Source of the DNA: Phoronis australis
Taxonomy: Eukaryota; Animalia; Phoronida
Reading direction: 5' to 3'
Length of the DNA stretch: 64,000 nt
NCBI GenBank assembly: GCA_002633005.1
Contig: NMRA01000972.1
Location: 1 to 64,000 of the forward strand
Shown here in pieces: positions 51,189 through 64,000 of the stretch (position 1 is its first letter; each line of letters begins with the position of its first letter). The notes beneath the pieces were generated by a model, which was given only the letters and a program-made list of their open reading frames with translations, ran no database searches and was not told the DNA's origin. A program made the position numbers and the translations under genes.

Positions 51189-52210
51189 TGTTTCAGAATG
51201 TCCAAAAATCAGCACGGCACTTACAATATAGTATTACATGCTATCGCCTGGGTGAAGGTAAATAATTTCGGTATTTTCTCAGTTCATTGCTGCACTTGAT
51301 CTATACCTGTAAAATAACAAATTATTTTAATACTTACAAGAGCTTGAAAACATTAGATTCTGAAAAGCAAATTGCCACATCTTCCTTCTAAACTAGATGT
51401 AGATTGTTTTATCCCTTCACACCAAGCGCGTCGTGAAGACATCGGTTTAGAGACTGGCTGCTACGCTCAAATTTGTTAAAACATGACTCTAGTGCGGCAC
51501 CGTTTACTTTAGGTTCTTACCCCAATTGTGCGACTTTAAGTGAGTAACCTTTTAGTAGCTTTTACTCCATTTTCGAAATCGCTGCTCGGTTGTGGTAGAA
51601 CCCTCAACATCACCTTATTCATAATACTTTTCGAGGCAAAATTTTTTTTCAAAAGTTTCCAACCTATTTCTTGCCATATAATTGCACCGCATCTTAATCA
51701 TTTACCGCATAGATGTATAGTAGATATACCACAGCGAAAGAAGCAAAGAAACAAAGAAACAAAACAAAGTCATTCCGACGTTACTACGAACACTACATAA
51801 CTTCATGTGCAGACGCTCACAGCCCACTTCGGTTAGTTATGGTAACAACAGCGAAAATAGTATATCACATTGATTAAGTGCCTGTTAACCCTTGTCCTTA
51901 GCCTATGGCGAACACAACTGTCAATATTCAGACTTTGTCAAAGTCTCAAATCCATACATTGATTGCGGAAGGTTTTTGAAGAGCCCTATCTTCCACTGTC
52001 TGTACGGATTGGAATTGATCACGGAATCAAGACATATGACGAGTAGTAATCAACAAAAATCTCATTTGTTATCAGTATCCCAAATTCCTTACCGTTTAGA
52101 TACTTAAAAATCGTCGACTTTTGCCGCCTGAACTTTCTCATATAACCGAGATCGAGCTCAACCGTGAAGGTATTAACTTGACTTGAAATCACTTGCTGAT
52201 TTATAGAACT

Positions 52211-52225
52211 GCTGTCCGTGGCAAC
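52211..52225 (-). promoter_or_regulatory. RFX X-box-like motif GTTGCCACGGACAGC upstream of ANKUB1
   Basis: Perfect GTTGCCA half-site; lies about 120 nt upstream of donor ACG|GTAAGG (52087-52092). Confidence 0.45.
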
Positions 52226-53304
52226 GAAAAGCCTTTTGTGGCTAATCTGAAACGCAACCCGAATTCATACTCTTAAGAACAACCCTGAACTGTAACATTT
52301 GTGCGGAAAAGAATAACAGTCAACCGGATTTTCAATAGCACGCCGTCGAGCCTTCCAGTGTATAATGAATGGAATTAATCAACCAGTACGATGAAAATGT
52401 TTATATTAAACGAAAAACTCTCGATTGAAAACTGGCATTTTGTAAACAAACAATAACTACATTGTAGGCAATTGTTGGCGTGACCGCTTTAATGGAAGGG
52501 CTGAAGTAGCGTTTCAATAAAGTTGTATAAAGTTACCGGACTGAAGGAAATTCACATGTCATTCATATGTTTTTTATATAAATAGGAGTAATAAAACCTG
52601 ACTTGCAATACGTATTTACAAAATAAGCTCTGCATTAGAGTATTTATTATGGCCATGACAAGTTCACTGAGACATTCGTAAACGTCAATCCAATGTCGAA
52701 AATTACTTCGACACGCTTATTATAGTTTGTACGTTTTAACAATTTAGCGACATTCCCATTTTTGCTTGCTGTGTTTATAGAACATGGAAATGTAACACAC
52801 AAAAAGCTGAATCTAGGGGTTAACTTGCGAACTTGTTTTATACAAGGCTCAGCGACCCTGATATGAAAGTCATGAAATTCCAACACAGTAATCTGAAATT
52901 GACATTATCTATTTAATTAGTATTATTAGTTATAACGATGGCAGTAAGATAACGTGTTTTGACATCGTTTCACAACACTTTCGCCAGTGCTTAAGTCAGG
53001 ATTCAGTTCTTACTTCAACATTTCGTGGCTGTTCAAATGACGTAGGCAACGTATACCATCAAATTCTAAACATTTCGTCACATGAACCCATCTGGAGAAT
53101 AGATTGACTATCATGTTTTAAAAATATTCTTCGTTTAACTTCACACAACGCAACATTGAATAAACTTCTTCATCCGACTTCACTTACCAGTACAAAAACA
53201 GATGCGTATTCTTCATATCACGGAGTTCCAACATGCAACACATAGACTTCGAGTCAGACCCTACTCGGGTACATTGCAAATGATTGTGCGTGAAAGTCAA
53301 CTTT

Positions 53305-53319
53305 GACCGCCATGGCAAC
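53305..53319 (-). promoter_or_regulatory. RFX X-box-like motif GTTGCCATGGCGGTC upstream of ANKUB1
   Basis: Matches the GTTGCCATGGC core; lies about 120 nt upstream of a strong donor CTG|GTAAGT (53182-53187). Confidence 0.55.
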
Positions 53320-56300
53320 AAAGACAGACTCGGGTTTCACAACATACAGTATTTATCAAACTTTCATGACTAGTGCATAGCCATACTTCGTTATCCATGA
53401 TTTGCTGTAACAACAACGTGACGGTTTCTATGCAGGAACATTCAATGGAGTTAATGACACCTTTGGATGAGCATCACATTGTGACACGCACCAGGAAACC
53501 AGTGTGACAAACCTATTCCCTATACAGATCGTCAGTCGACTATAGGAGAAATAAAAACAGAGCCATAAAATAATTCCTTGAATTTGGCTGGGGAGACTTT
53601 TCATTGCCTTATTTACTGAAAATAGAGATTTATTCAAATGCTTGTTGTTCGCCAATTCGTGTACTTCATATTTTACGTGTAAAGAATTGCATTGAGAGTG
53701 GTACGGAAATGAAATACAAATGACTAGGGACATGTGCGCATGCCGCGAAAGGTGATGCGATAATTGCTATCATTCGTTTTCATCGACCTTGGATTATTAT
53801 GAAGCTGAATAATAAAGAGTGTTTCATGAGGTTCAGTAGGAAAAGGTATATGCCCTAGCTGAACGGCAGTTGCGGAGATGACGGGTCACTCCCTTCATAA
53901 TAATGATCGTTGATCAAGTTGATTTTCTCTTATTAAACTGGTTTCAAACCCTTTCTTGCCACAGTATCAGTTGGTTTCTATCACGTGAAGGAAATGAAGG
54001 ATCGCCTGCGATTGATAGGAAGCAAACCAATCCTGGAAAGATTGAGTTGCCCTGATGAAAGTAGCGGTTTCTTGCACGCTTTCTAACTATTCTGTTTGGA
54101 TACAGATATCACTTTCACGGAAAGGTATGAGGCATATTTTGTGTGGACGAGTAACGTGGTTATGATTAGCATTTCACAAAGGAATTTAGTCTTTTTAATA
54201 TTGTCGTTTAAATTGAAATAATAAACACATGTTTAACGAATTCAAATGTAAAACAAACCACAGCATGGAGAACAAACATAGCTTTGGGTACGCTGACAAA
54301 GTTTTATTGGATGTATTCTTAAGTCAAGTGTTGGGGAAACTATTTCAATATTTGCCAAGATGCATCGATAAACATTAAAACTTTTGTTTGTTAGAGTCTT
54401 TATCGATGACCAGTGGTTGTCAACAAACGGACTCATAGCAACGATGTATGCCCATTTTGGCTACTGACTGTATTAACAGAAAATCTGCATGCATTTATTG
54501 ACACTAGTTATGCTGTATTGACTTGTTAGTCTTTTCGTATTCAATTAGATGATACACTTTACAGCACTGTATTGGAAGTGTCGTAAACTCTCTTTGACTA
54601 ACGAGGGTCATGAACCATTAAATCGTGTACTGCAGAAACTCAATTTTTATTTCATGGTTTCTATAAATTCACTATTGCTGAGGTATCTGTCTTCTTACGT
54701 AATCTAAGGGCACACTGTTTCTTCTATCGTAGATCTCATATCGCCCGTATGTAGGGCCCTATAGACAAGACTGTACATGTATATATAGCCCAATATCTAC
54801 AAAACTATAGAATATAACTCAGCAAAAGTTATATATTTTCTGCAAGTAGAAATTCCGAATTTTTTTTATACCAATTTACCATCAATTAGATCTCGTGGTA
54901 TTGTTTTTTAAGTAGAATTTAATGAAAAAGCAACGTAAATTCATATCAAAAACAGGGTCAATAACATGATCAAATTTCGTATGATATACATGTTCAAGAT
55001 AAAAGCTCAAAAAACTTTAAAGTTTTCCATAAAATCACATAAGACCTAACTTTGATTCCCCTCTTGCAGAAGGGGAAAACTTTTAAAAAAATTTCTTTCA
55101 TTGTTTGGGTGACACAAAGCACAATTATTAATACCTAAAGGCTTCATGTGGATCCGACCAGATTTTTTCATGTGTCCTTCAAATCCTTAAGGCCCATACG
55201 TCGAGTTTTGTTAATTAGATAATACTCTTTGTCGCCATTTCAATCACTGTTGCTGTACACATTGAAATTCCTTGTTGTTTCAGACTTTTAACATTGTGTA
55301 CCCGTGAAATTTCTATAACGAAGTAATGGATTGAGGAAAAAAGTTGAAATAAACCCGAAGGACAATACGCTAACTAACGCGCAGTTCAAAAGATCATAGC
55401 TTTAAAACTATAAACCTGCACAGGTCACGTAGTATGAACAATCGTGCAAGAGTAAGTTACCTACAGTGTAATTCATTTTCCTATAAATGTGTTTTGGGAG
55501 TGTACTGCAATGGGTTCCATGCTTTCTTTCTATTAGGATGCTTTTAGCTGCCACACACACAAAAATTGCTCATTCTCTTCATTTATGCTAACCTTAGACT
55601 TTTTGTACGTATACATTCGTTTGTGTTATACACCCAAACGAAGATATGCGTACCGAAAATTCGTATACGATTTATCTATGACTCAGTTCTTTTCAAAGAA
55701 AAATCTAGTTACACCGTGTCTTCATAAGAGAGCGCTTGCTCCGCCTTGGTTCAGTCTGTCGGACCCTCATTAATTTTAATTGCATTTTAAAGAAGCCTTA
55801 AACAAGTAACAAGCCTCACTCCTGAATTCCATGGATGGACACTTTAAAATTGTACTCAGGCGATCTGTACAAGAGTGTGCTGACTACCAATGTTTGCAGA
55901 CACAATAGTTATATTGCTGAACAAACTACTTGAAGCTGTGATCCGATCTGACAATAGACCTTATTAACTCAGCAGTTCAACTAGGTACTTAACCAAGTAA
56001 TTTGTAAATATTTCCTAACACCAGGTGAGCTGAGAATGAAAAATCTCTGCCCGAAATCTTATCACCAGCATGAAACTCGGTTTCAAACTTCAATTTAATG
56101 TTGATACTGTCTGTTCTCCAAAGAGAGGTACCTTTGATTTCGTGTGGTCGAGCACATCACCGCAATATACGTACAAGATGAAGAAATAGTTTGAGTTCGC
56201 ACAAGATGATCCTAGGCTTAAAGTTAAAAATTTGAGTATGAACTCAAAACCTGGAGCTTGAACTCAAATGTCACTTAAATTTACCCGTCAAGTACAAACT

Positions 56301-59300
56301 GGATTTTTGTGAAAGAGAAGCGACACTCGAATCTCGCTATATTTACCCACAATGCCGCAATATTCGTCGGCTCTTTTGTAGCCCCGTTTGCTTTTATTGC
56401 CTTCCTATTCTATAGCTTATTAGAGCCGGCTCAACTCCGATTAATTCAGTTTGTACAGAATAATAACAAATAACAAACATAATATTTAATGTATACTCTA
56501 CGACCTTTTTAAACCGCGAAACTGAACGAAGCAACAGGCTATAGTCAATTCGGAAGATTTACAAATAAAGAAATGAATACTTTAAGAAAACTAGACGACC
56601 GTAGGGATACACTGTGAAAGGGTCAAGTAACAGGGATTCTTATTGATTAAGAGGACAAAGTACCATTCCGATATTCCGAATAGCTGAAAAATAACAATCG
56701 GACGTGCAAATTGATTGGCCTTAGGAACTGTATTACTACACATTGCTCTATCTTCCGTGGTAGATCATCATCCTGTCACAAGGCCACTCCTCCTGACTGG
56801 GTGGCGGTGTAACAGAGGGTATGACAGCACTAATCTCGAATCCAACCTTTTGTAAATTAAAAACGAAGACATTTGGTATATTTTCAACTAAACTAAATTG
56901 CGATCTGATTTATATGCATATTTCAAAATTTCAAATGACCTCTTCATACGCGCAACCAGCCTTTAATANNNNNNNNNNNNNNNNNNNNNNNGGGGGGGGC
57001 TCGTTCGAGCCCCCGAGCCCACCCCCCCCTTGATGCGTTCATGCTCTTTCATTTTCCGCGTACACCATCTAGATTATGACTTAAGTTACGTCAGTTAAGT
57101 TTGCAAAAGCATGCTTTTTATGTTCATCAGATCTAAATATACTGGTTGATCTCATCGTTGATTGATCAATGACGAACCAAAATTTCAAAGTTGTTCACCA
57201 GAGTTTAACGAGAACGGAGGCTAGATGCGAGACTATCACCCATACGAGTCAGCAGCGACACCTAGCGCCCTGGCTTACGTTAAAGTAGTCATAACAGAGA
57301 CCGTAGAGAGGGAAAAAAATCTCCTAGAGAAATCCCATGGGCCGGCCAGTGGGGTTCATTGTTGTTTCATGGACCGTAGAGACGTCTAGCGGGCGTGTGT
57401 GCAATAAACATACATGGCAAGATATGACGGCTCCCTTCGGTAAAAAACAACGGTGCTTTTTGAATTGCCTACGGCTACAGCAACAGTTATTGAAAATTAG
57501 TGACTAATCTTTTTTGCTTCCCAGTGATTAAGATAGATGATGTTGACCATTGAAACAATGACGTTTTTGCGTGAAACTGTTGCCGGTCAACCAGTGATGG
57601 GCTAGGTGATTTGAACTTAATGTCTTTACTGTTCCCTGCATTTGATCGCTTATACAGAAAATTATCGTAACTGGTTTGCGAGATTTTGGAAACTACTGAT
57701 TAGTTTATTTTATGCACCACTTTCTTTCATTTCTTTCTGCAATCTTAACACATTCAGACCTAAAGACAATTATATTTTCTTATTACTATTTTTTACAAAT
57801 TTTAGTATTGTCATATTATCATATATTTGTTTTTCTCTATACTTTATTATTTATTCATTATTTATATATATTATTTATTTATTGATTTTATTTATTGGTG
57901 ATAACTTATTTAAATTATTTCTTGTGATCCCATGATACAATCAATGTCAATAATCTATATCATATGGTAGTAATGAACACCCCTAAAACATTGTTCAATG
58001 TGCAGTAATGGTTGCATTGTGTTGCTCCTGTTTACAAATCATTGACTCGCGCTGATATTTTGTATACGCAGTTCAAGTTCACTTATGTGATTATAATTTG
58101 GACACTACTGCAGCATTTTTTCTGCATCCACAATATTTTTCTGGTCTGTCAATTACTTTTTCAAAGTGACTTTACAGATTCTGATGAAACTTCACACTGT
58201 TTAAATTTATGGCTGGGATACATCATCACCACTTCATTTTTGTACGTATTTAAGTGCTGTGATATCCCCTTTTCAACGAAATCATGCTTGTCCAAAGTTA
58301 TTGTCAAAATGGCTTAACAATGTTTAACGGACAACGACACAAAGATATGTGGCGGAGACGCATCGCTTTTTGTGCAATTTTGACTGCAGTTTGAGATGCA
58401 CAATTTCATTTTCTATCATGGCATGGACTTCAGGGCATAATAAATATTAATTGCATGGTTTGGTAACCTGCTTGATAATTTGGGGGTCTAGTGCCCGGTT
58501 GCATGAAACAGTCCCAAATTGCGACTCCACTATGCTACCTAAATCTACTGCGTATTTGTGAGTTTTGTATGTTGAATTCTCAATATTATGGAAAATACAT
58601 GGGGAAGTGTTGAACGAAATGCTCCTTTAAATGCATTTTTTTGCGCGACATTGGTGGGTACTTTGGTAGAGTATGTCTACAAAAACCCGTTACACTCACT
58701 AATAATGTTATTTGTTTTGATTTTTTTGTTTGAGACAGATCTCAAAATCATCAAGTCTGGAAATAAGTTATCCTTGTGCTATTTACTTTCATAGTATTCA
58801 CTTTACACGCCGATGAATATTTAGGTCTTATTATGCCTGAACAATCGGCTGATAGATAAGTTAATAAAATGTGACTTGATAAAACGACTTGTTTCCAGTC
58901 AGGTTAAGAGAACTTGTTGACATCAGAAAATAATTTCCCTTAGATGGAATGTGTATTTAATAGGCATCTCTATTCCGTTGTATTTAAGCAGACATACATT
59001 ATATGTTTTTGATGGACTGCAAGCAAGTATACCACCCCTGAGTGATTTTTCCCCCTACCCGGTTATTACCAGTTTCACTGACCACACCCCACGCCACCCC
59101 CAGTCGCTACCCATATTAGATCCCACCAGGCATCTTTACAGGGGGTTCACACTTCCCTGCTCGAGAGTAGCATATTGTATGGTGTGAACCCCTAAATCTT
59201 GCAATATCTATATCTACCCACCCTCTAATCGCCCAAATCCACTCAGACAACGCTGATTAGTCACCCCCTGCCATTCCCTGTTTATGATGTATTTCTGATT

Positions 59301-59592
59301 TTTTTCTTCATTTATTCAATTTTCTACCTATATGTACATTTTTCCAGTTCACCGCTCAATAAATTCTCAATATTTTTAAATAAGAACAGTTTACAACTTT
59401 GAATTCGACGTCTCGCGTACTTCGTCGGCGCACACCCTCCCCGCTAGGTGACGCCACGGTCAATGACAAAATAATGGCAGCGGCTAAAGTGAATAGTCTT
59501 GTTAACGTCTTTGGTCATAAACCATACGCTGGATTAAAAAATATGAATTTTCTCTGCAGGCGTGTCTTTCTTCCAAAGCAACATGAGGACAG

Positions 59593-60471
59593 TTTTATTC
59601 CCCAAACATTTATATATGGACACATTATGCAGTCATCCTCGTCCGTGGGTCCGACCGTCCGTCTTCCCGTCCCGCGTCCGGAGTCCGGCGTCCGCTGCTC
59701 TCACTCCAAAACCCTTTGATGTATGTTCATGAAATTTTGAACATGTGTTTCTTTTATAAATGGGACGGCACATGAGCGAACATTCAGACGGATCCGACTA
59801 TCGGTGTGCCCCCTAGTGGGAATTTTAGTTTTTTACGTGTAAGTCGTATTTTCGAAGGTTTTCAACGGATTTTCATAAAATTTACAGTAGCATATAAGCA
59901 TGTATTACTGAGACGACGCTATCCTCTCGTTTTCGGACGGATTTGTCGTATTTTGCGCTACTTAGAGGCCATTTTTACTGTTTTCGAGTCTGCTTTTGGC
60001 GTCCGCTCCTTTATCAACAAAACCACTCTAATGATCTGATTCTGAAAATTGACGTATATGTTCTTTGTGAGGAGGGTAGATGGCGATGATTTTCCGACGA
60101 TTTCGACTGTTGTGGCGTCCCGTAGTGGCAGTTTTGTTTTTTACGCCCGCATAGCAGGATCTTTATTAAATTTACCAATTTTATTTATATGAAGCTGACA
60201 ACGGACGAGGATGACTTTCAGATGATTCCGGCAAACACTGTTTCCTCTAGTGGCAATTTCCTTTGTTTCTCTGAAGTTCCTTAACAGATTTTTATGAAAT
60301 TTGGTAAATACCATTATTCTATTTAAAGGATGACATATTCCCGTTTTAGTATGGATTCGACGTATTTTGAGCCATCTAGTTGCTATTTTTATGATACAAA
60401 TGAGCACCCCTAGAAGCACACCGTTTGCGATGCATTCGTGGGCGCGTTCCAGTGCCCGCGTTGCTTTTGTT
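59593..60471 (+). mobile_element. Helentron/HINE-like element with GTCC microsatellite and tandem units
   Basis: T-rich start, 'gtccgtgggtccgaccgtccgtc..gtccggagtccggcgtccg', repeated 'cctagtggcaattt..cagattttcatgaaattt' units, short terminal hairpin. Confidence 0.65.
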
Positions 60472-61607
60472 ATCCTTAGTGTGTCCGAGCGATACTGCCA
60501 CGAAACTAAGCCGCCGCAACAGTTAAACGCCATGAGCCTGGACTGAAACAATAATTACATGTCATTTCCTTTCAAGCCTAGAAAACCATTTTAATTAAGA
60601 TGAGATCGATTTCATGATGATAAATACTCTAAATCAAAAGTTGATTTTAAGGTGCGGTTTTTTGGACATCTAAAAATTTCTAAATGGAAGTTTTTGTTTT
60701 TATGTAATGTTCGTTTAATTGGGAAGGCAGCACTCAATATATACTAGACAAAATTAATCCAGCGCACGAAGGCGAGATCACACCTTGTGAATGAACTTTT
60801 TTCACAACAGTTTACCACATTCGCATTGTTGGTTTACAAACGCCGTTTACTTTGTACAGTGTAGTCGTTTATGTGAACGTTACGTATGGCACTTTGAAGA
60901 CCTTTGCCAGAACTTGGCGAAAACACAAGACCACCGTGACGCAAAGATTCGCGATATACCGCCATGTGTTACAAGAGAAATACGTGATCACGCTAGCTTC
61001 CTCTTGCGTGATTTTTGCATCTACGGAACTCGGACCTTGTTCTAGAATAGTGTACCTCAATCGCCATCGTGTAAACAGCATTTAGCGGAAATTTGCTTAC
61101 GTTTGCATTATTATCATGAAGGAGGTTCATGATCAAATGCCATATGGAAGATTATTGACCTCGCGGCGGATACTTAATTATGTTTACACGATTTACTAAT
61201 CCAGCGAGGACGTTTTGTCATAGTCGTGTTTTTGGACAATTGTCTCCTGAGGAGATTTTAAGTCCCTTGAACTCCCTGTAAATGTAGATCCGTTACTATG
61301 GCAAAATTTTTTTGTGATCGGAGTGCTTTTGAGCGATCAATAAAAGAGTGAATTTTAGAAGCTGATTATAGTACATGTAACTCGTTGTTACACGCCTTGT
61401 TGACACCAAAGCATGATGCAAACTCTGCTCATGACTCACCAAGAAACTCAAAATGAATTGTGGTAGATTCTACTTGACAGGAAAAACTGCGAAATCAGTA
61501 CAGAAAATATTTATTGCCACACATTCACAGTTCAAAAAGTTTGTTGTCCACACAGACTGTTAAACCAAATAGATACACACATGAAAAAGTGCTACTAGTG
61601 CCATTAA

Positions 61608-62589
61608 AGGTACACAATCGGGCCGGAAAACAAAACGTATTTTTGTTAATTTGATAAGTTTAGACGTCTTGCAGTTAGTGGCTTTAAACTGAGCTACAAA
61701 ACAGTTGTGTTTTGTGGTTCTATAAGAGATCTCCGACTTCTTAAGTTTGCTTCCAGTAGTTTACTGAAATCGAGGCAGTGATCCCATTAGATGTTAGCAG
61801 TGCAGTGCAGTGGTAATTACCGAAGCGGGCGATGATGCTGATCAAAGCCGGCGTAAAAAAACCCAAGGGCTAACCCTCTGAGTGTATGAAGCCGCGTAAA
61901 CTCTTTGGCATACATGGAAGCATATATGTACGAAATCCCGCGCTTTGCTGCGAGTTAAGTTACATATTTTCAATAATATCGAGCATTTTATTCAGGTCTT
62001 GTTAGACCGCCGGGTGGATTTGTATTATTCTTTCATTTTCCATGTTTACTCTAGATTAATTCTAAAGGTTAAACATTAAAGCATATTTAAAGTACTTAAT
62101 GTCAATGTTTTTGTAATTAACCGATTGACCTCCTCACCGAGTATCAATAATTTTCGTATAATCTCGGCCAAAAGGAAATACAAAACTCGCTTTCGAAAAT
62201 GACCAAATCCGGTTTGAAAACCTGATAATCTGGCAGTTATAACCGCTAAGCTATGAACTTGTTATTACCTGTGTTCTGTGCCTTGGGAGGTTACTGCCTG
62301 AATTTTAAAAATAAGTACATTTAAGCTGGGCACTGTGTAAGCGTGCGAGTAAGGTGTGACACGGACCGACTGCCTGAAAGTCACGTGATCGACTAAAGCG
62401 AGATCGACAGTCATTGGCATCACAGAAATCTGAAGAAATTAAAAGTACAGAAAAACATCCAAATAAGGAAACCAAGCATTTTTTCTCGTGGAAAAATTCC
62501 GAACAACTGTTGTCCGAGGTGAAAGTTGCATAATTCTCCTCGTATTTGGGCATTGCTGTTCATGGCTCCTCTTTGTCGGTTATGTCACT
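61608..62589. mobile_element. Kolobok-like non-autonomous element (about 980 bp)
   Basis: TTAA on both sides; imperfect TIRs AGGTACACAATCGG and (rc) AGTGACATAACCGA. Confidence 0.5.
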
Positions 62590-63764
62590 TTAAATGGCAT
62601 AAGAAAACAGATTTTTGAAGGGGTAAAAACCGATACGCGCATTTGAAACACACATTTAAGACGTACATAATACCAAACTTTACAAGTGCGTAATTCCCTA
62701 ATGACTCGCTGAAGACCTCCGTGAACAAATCACTATGGAAAAGTCTTTGTTCTTCTTATTTCGTGTTAAGCTTAAGTCAGAAATTTCGCCTTACGCTCCC
62801 ACAACTGTTTAATGAATTGAAATGTGATTATACACAACATCAATTCAATTAGTTTATATAAATTATTGCTATTGGCCATATGTTAACAACTTAAAAATTG
62901 AAAAAAATACAGTAAAAGCGCGCAAGACAAGCTGTCTGACTTAAGCTTTTCCCTGACCCCTCAGGAAAAGAAATTTCAGCAACTTTAATTTGTGCGCTGT
63001 GGTTGTCGCTCAATTATCACTTCGTTACGAGATATGCCAAACAGACTAAGATCAGAGACACACTTGGGACTTTGTAGTTTGAACCTGCAACGAAAGAAAC
63101 GTTCTTAGAGTCTGAAATTATACCTGAACGTGGGTGAAAGAAAACGCACAAAACAACGTGAGGTGTTCGACACTTAAAGATTACCAATGATTTCAGTTAA
63201 TTTTTCTGTCAATTTTTACGTTTTCTACTTCATTCAAGTTGCCACGGAACATAACTCTAACCCAAACATTTCGTTAATTATTGAACGTATGAAACGTAAT
63301 CCATCGCCAGTTTGATGCCCTGTTTATGAGCACTTGGCCTCGCAAGAGCACGTAATGTCAGACAGCGCACCATGTGATCTCAGTGCCCATCACACCCAGG
63401 TCAAAATCAGTGAACCTGCTGCGTTCGCCCGCATGCAAACTAAAACATCGGAATTTCCCAGATGTTTGCGGACCGGGTAATTTGGTTACGAATCTACTGA
63501 TGAGAATCTCAAGGTTCTATCATGGAGAAATGTGAGTGAAATTAGCAACATTATTCGAAAAAAATCATTCTAAGACTTGAAAATCGTTTAATGTTCTTTT
63601 TAAAGATTACTCAAAAGAAACTTCAACATAGAAAAGTACAGTGAAATGTTTAATTATAATTAAAAATGTAAGAAAAATAGACCTTTTTAAATACTTCAGG
63701 AAGTCGATTTTTAGAACATGGCATTTCTGTGTGTATGTGAGATACACTCAGCACCACTGCTTAC

Positions 63765-63851
63765 CATTTTGACACTTTCCCTTCACACAGATGGCGTTGA
63801 CGTTGATGCCTTTGCAGTTCATATCGCCATGGCAGGTGTCCCCAATGGCAC
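63765..63851 (-). CDS. Exon of a Cys-rich, probably extracellular protein (GAIGDTCHGDMNCKGINVNAICVKGKCQN; EB-module-like)
   Basis: Acceptor caaaag, donor ATG|GTAAGC; 87 nt, phase 1-1; G..C.....C........C..G.C spacing. Confidence 0.65.
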
Positions 63852-63972
63852 CTTTTGGTGAAATTAAAACAAATATTTAAAGTTATACTAACAAACAGGG
63901 CACATTTTAGAAACCTGAAACAACCAATCAATGCATTATCAGCCTATATTTTTGTTTTGTTTAATTCGTTAC

Positions 63973-64000
63973 CTTTGGGGACACCACAGTCCTTGCTTGC
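63973..64000 (-). CDS. Upstream exon of the same Cys-rich gene, cut by the window edge (...ASKDCGVPK)
   Basis: Donor AAG|GTAACG in phase 1, joining in frame to the 63765-63851 exon. Confidence 0.5.

Noticed and set aside
51189-51215. ORF-track N-terminal extension MLIFGHSET of ANKUB1
   Set aside because: It starts at a GTG codon; the conserved ANKUB1 start is MRIFIA at ATG 51188.
49480-51299. Plus-strand ORFs overlapping ANKUB1
   Set aside because: Antisense shadows of a real CDS with no recognisable domains.

Overview
Intron-rich animal genomic DNA, AT-rich, with several N-gaps. It is probably a lophotrochozoan-type marine invertebrate (inferred from the repeat types and gene structure). 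Genes are all on the minus strand and were assembled by hand from splice sites. (1) The 5' part of an ESRP1/2 (fusilli) orthologue: 8 coding exons, 17381 down to 707, 341 codons, covering the DnaQ-like N-terminal domain, qRRM1 and the start of qRRM2; it continues off the left edge. Its third intron (7573-15191) is a clear U12-type minor-spliceosome intron, and there is a candidate poison exon at 201-260. (2) A FAM92/CIBAR BAR-domain ciliary gene: 9 exons, about 311 aa, 42053 down to 33667; the first exon is uncertain. (3) An ANKUB1 orthologue whose 732-aa CDS lies in one exon (51188 down to 48990), preceded by several candidate non-coding first exons each paired with an RFX X-box-like motif. 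(4) Two exons of a Cys-rich protein at the right edge. Non-coding DNA holds many non-autonomous DNA transposons (Tc1/mariner-, hAT-, Harbinger- and Kolobok-like MITEs, Helentron/HINE-like satellite carriers, a foldback element) and microsatellites. There is no CRISPR array, rRNA or intact transposase. I found no wholly new biological system; the best leads are regulatory and evolutionary.
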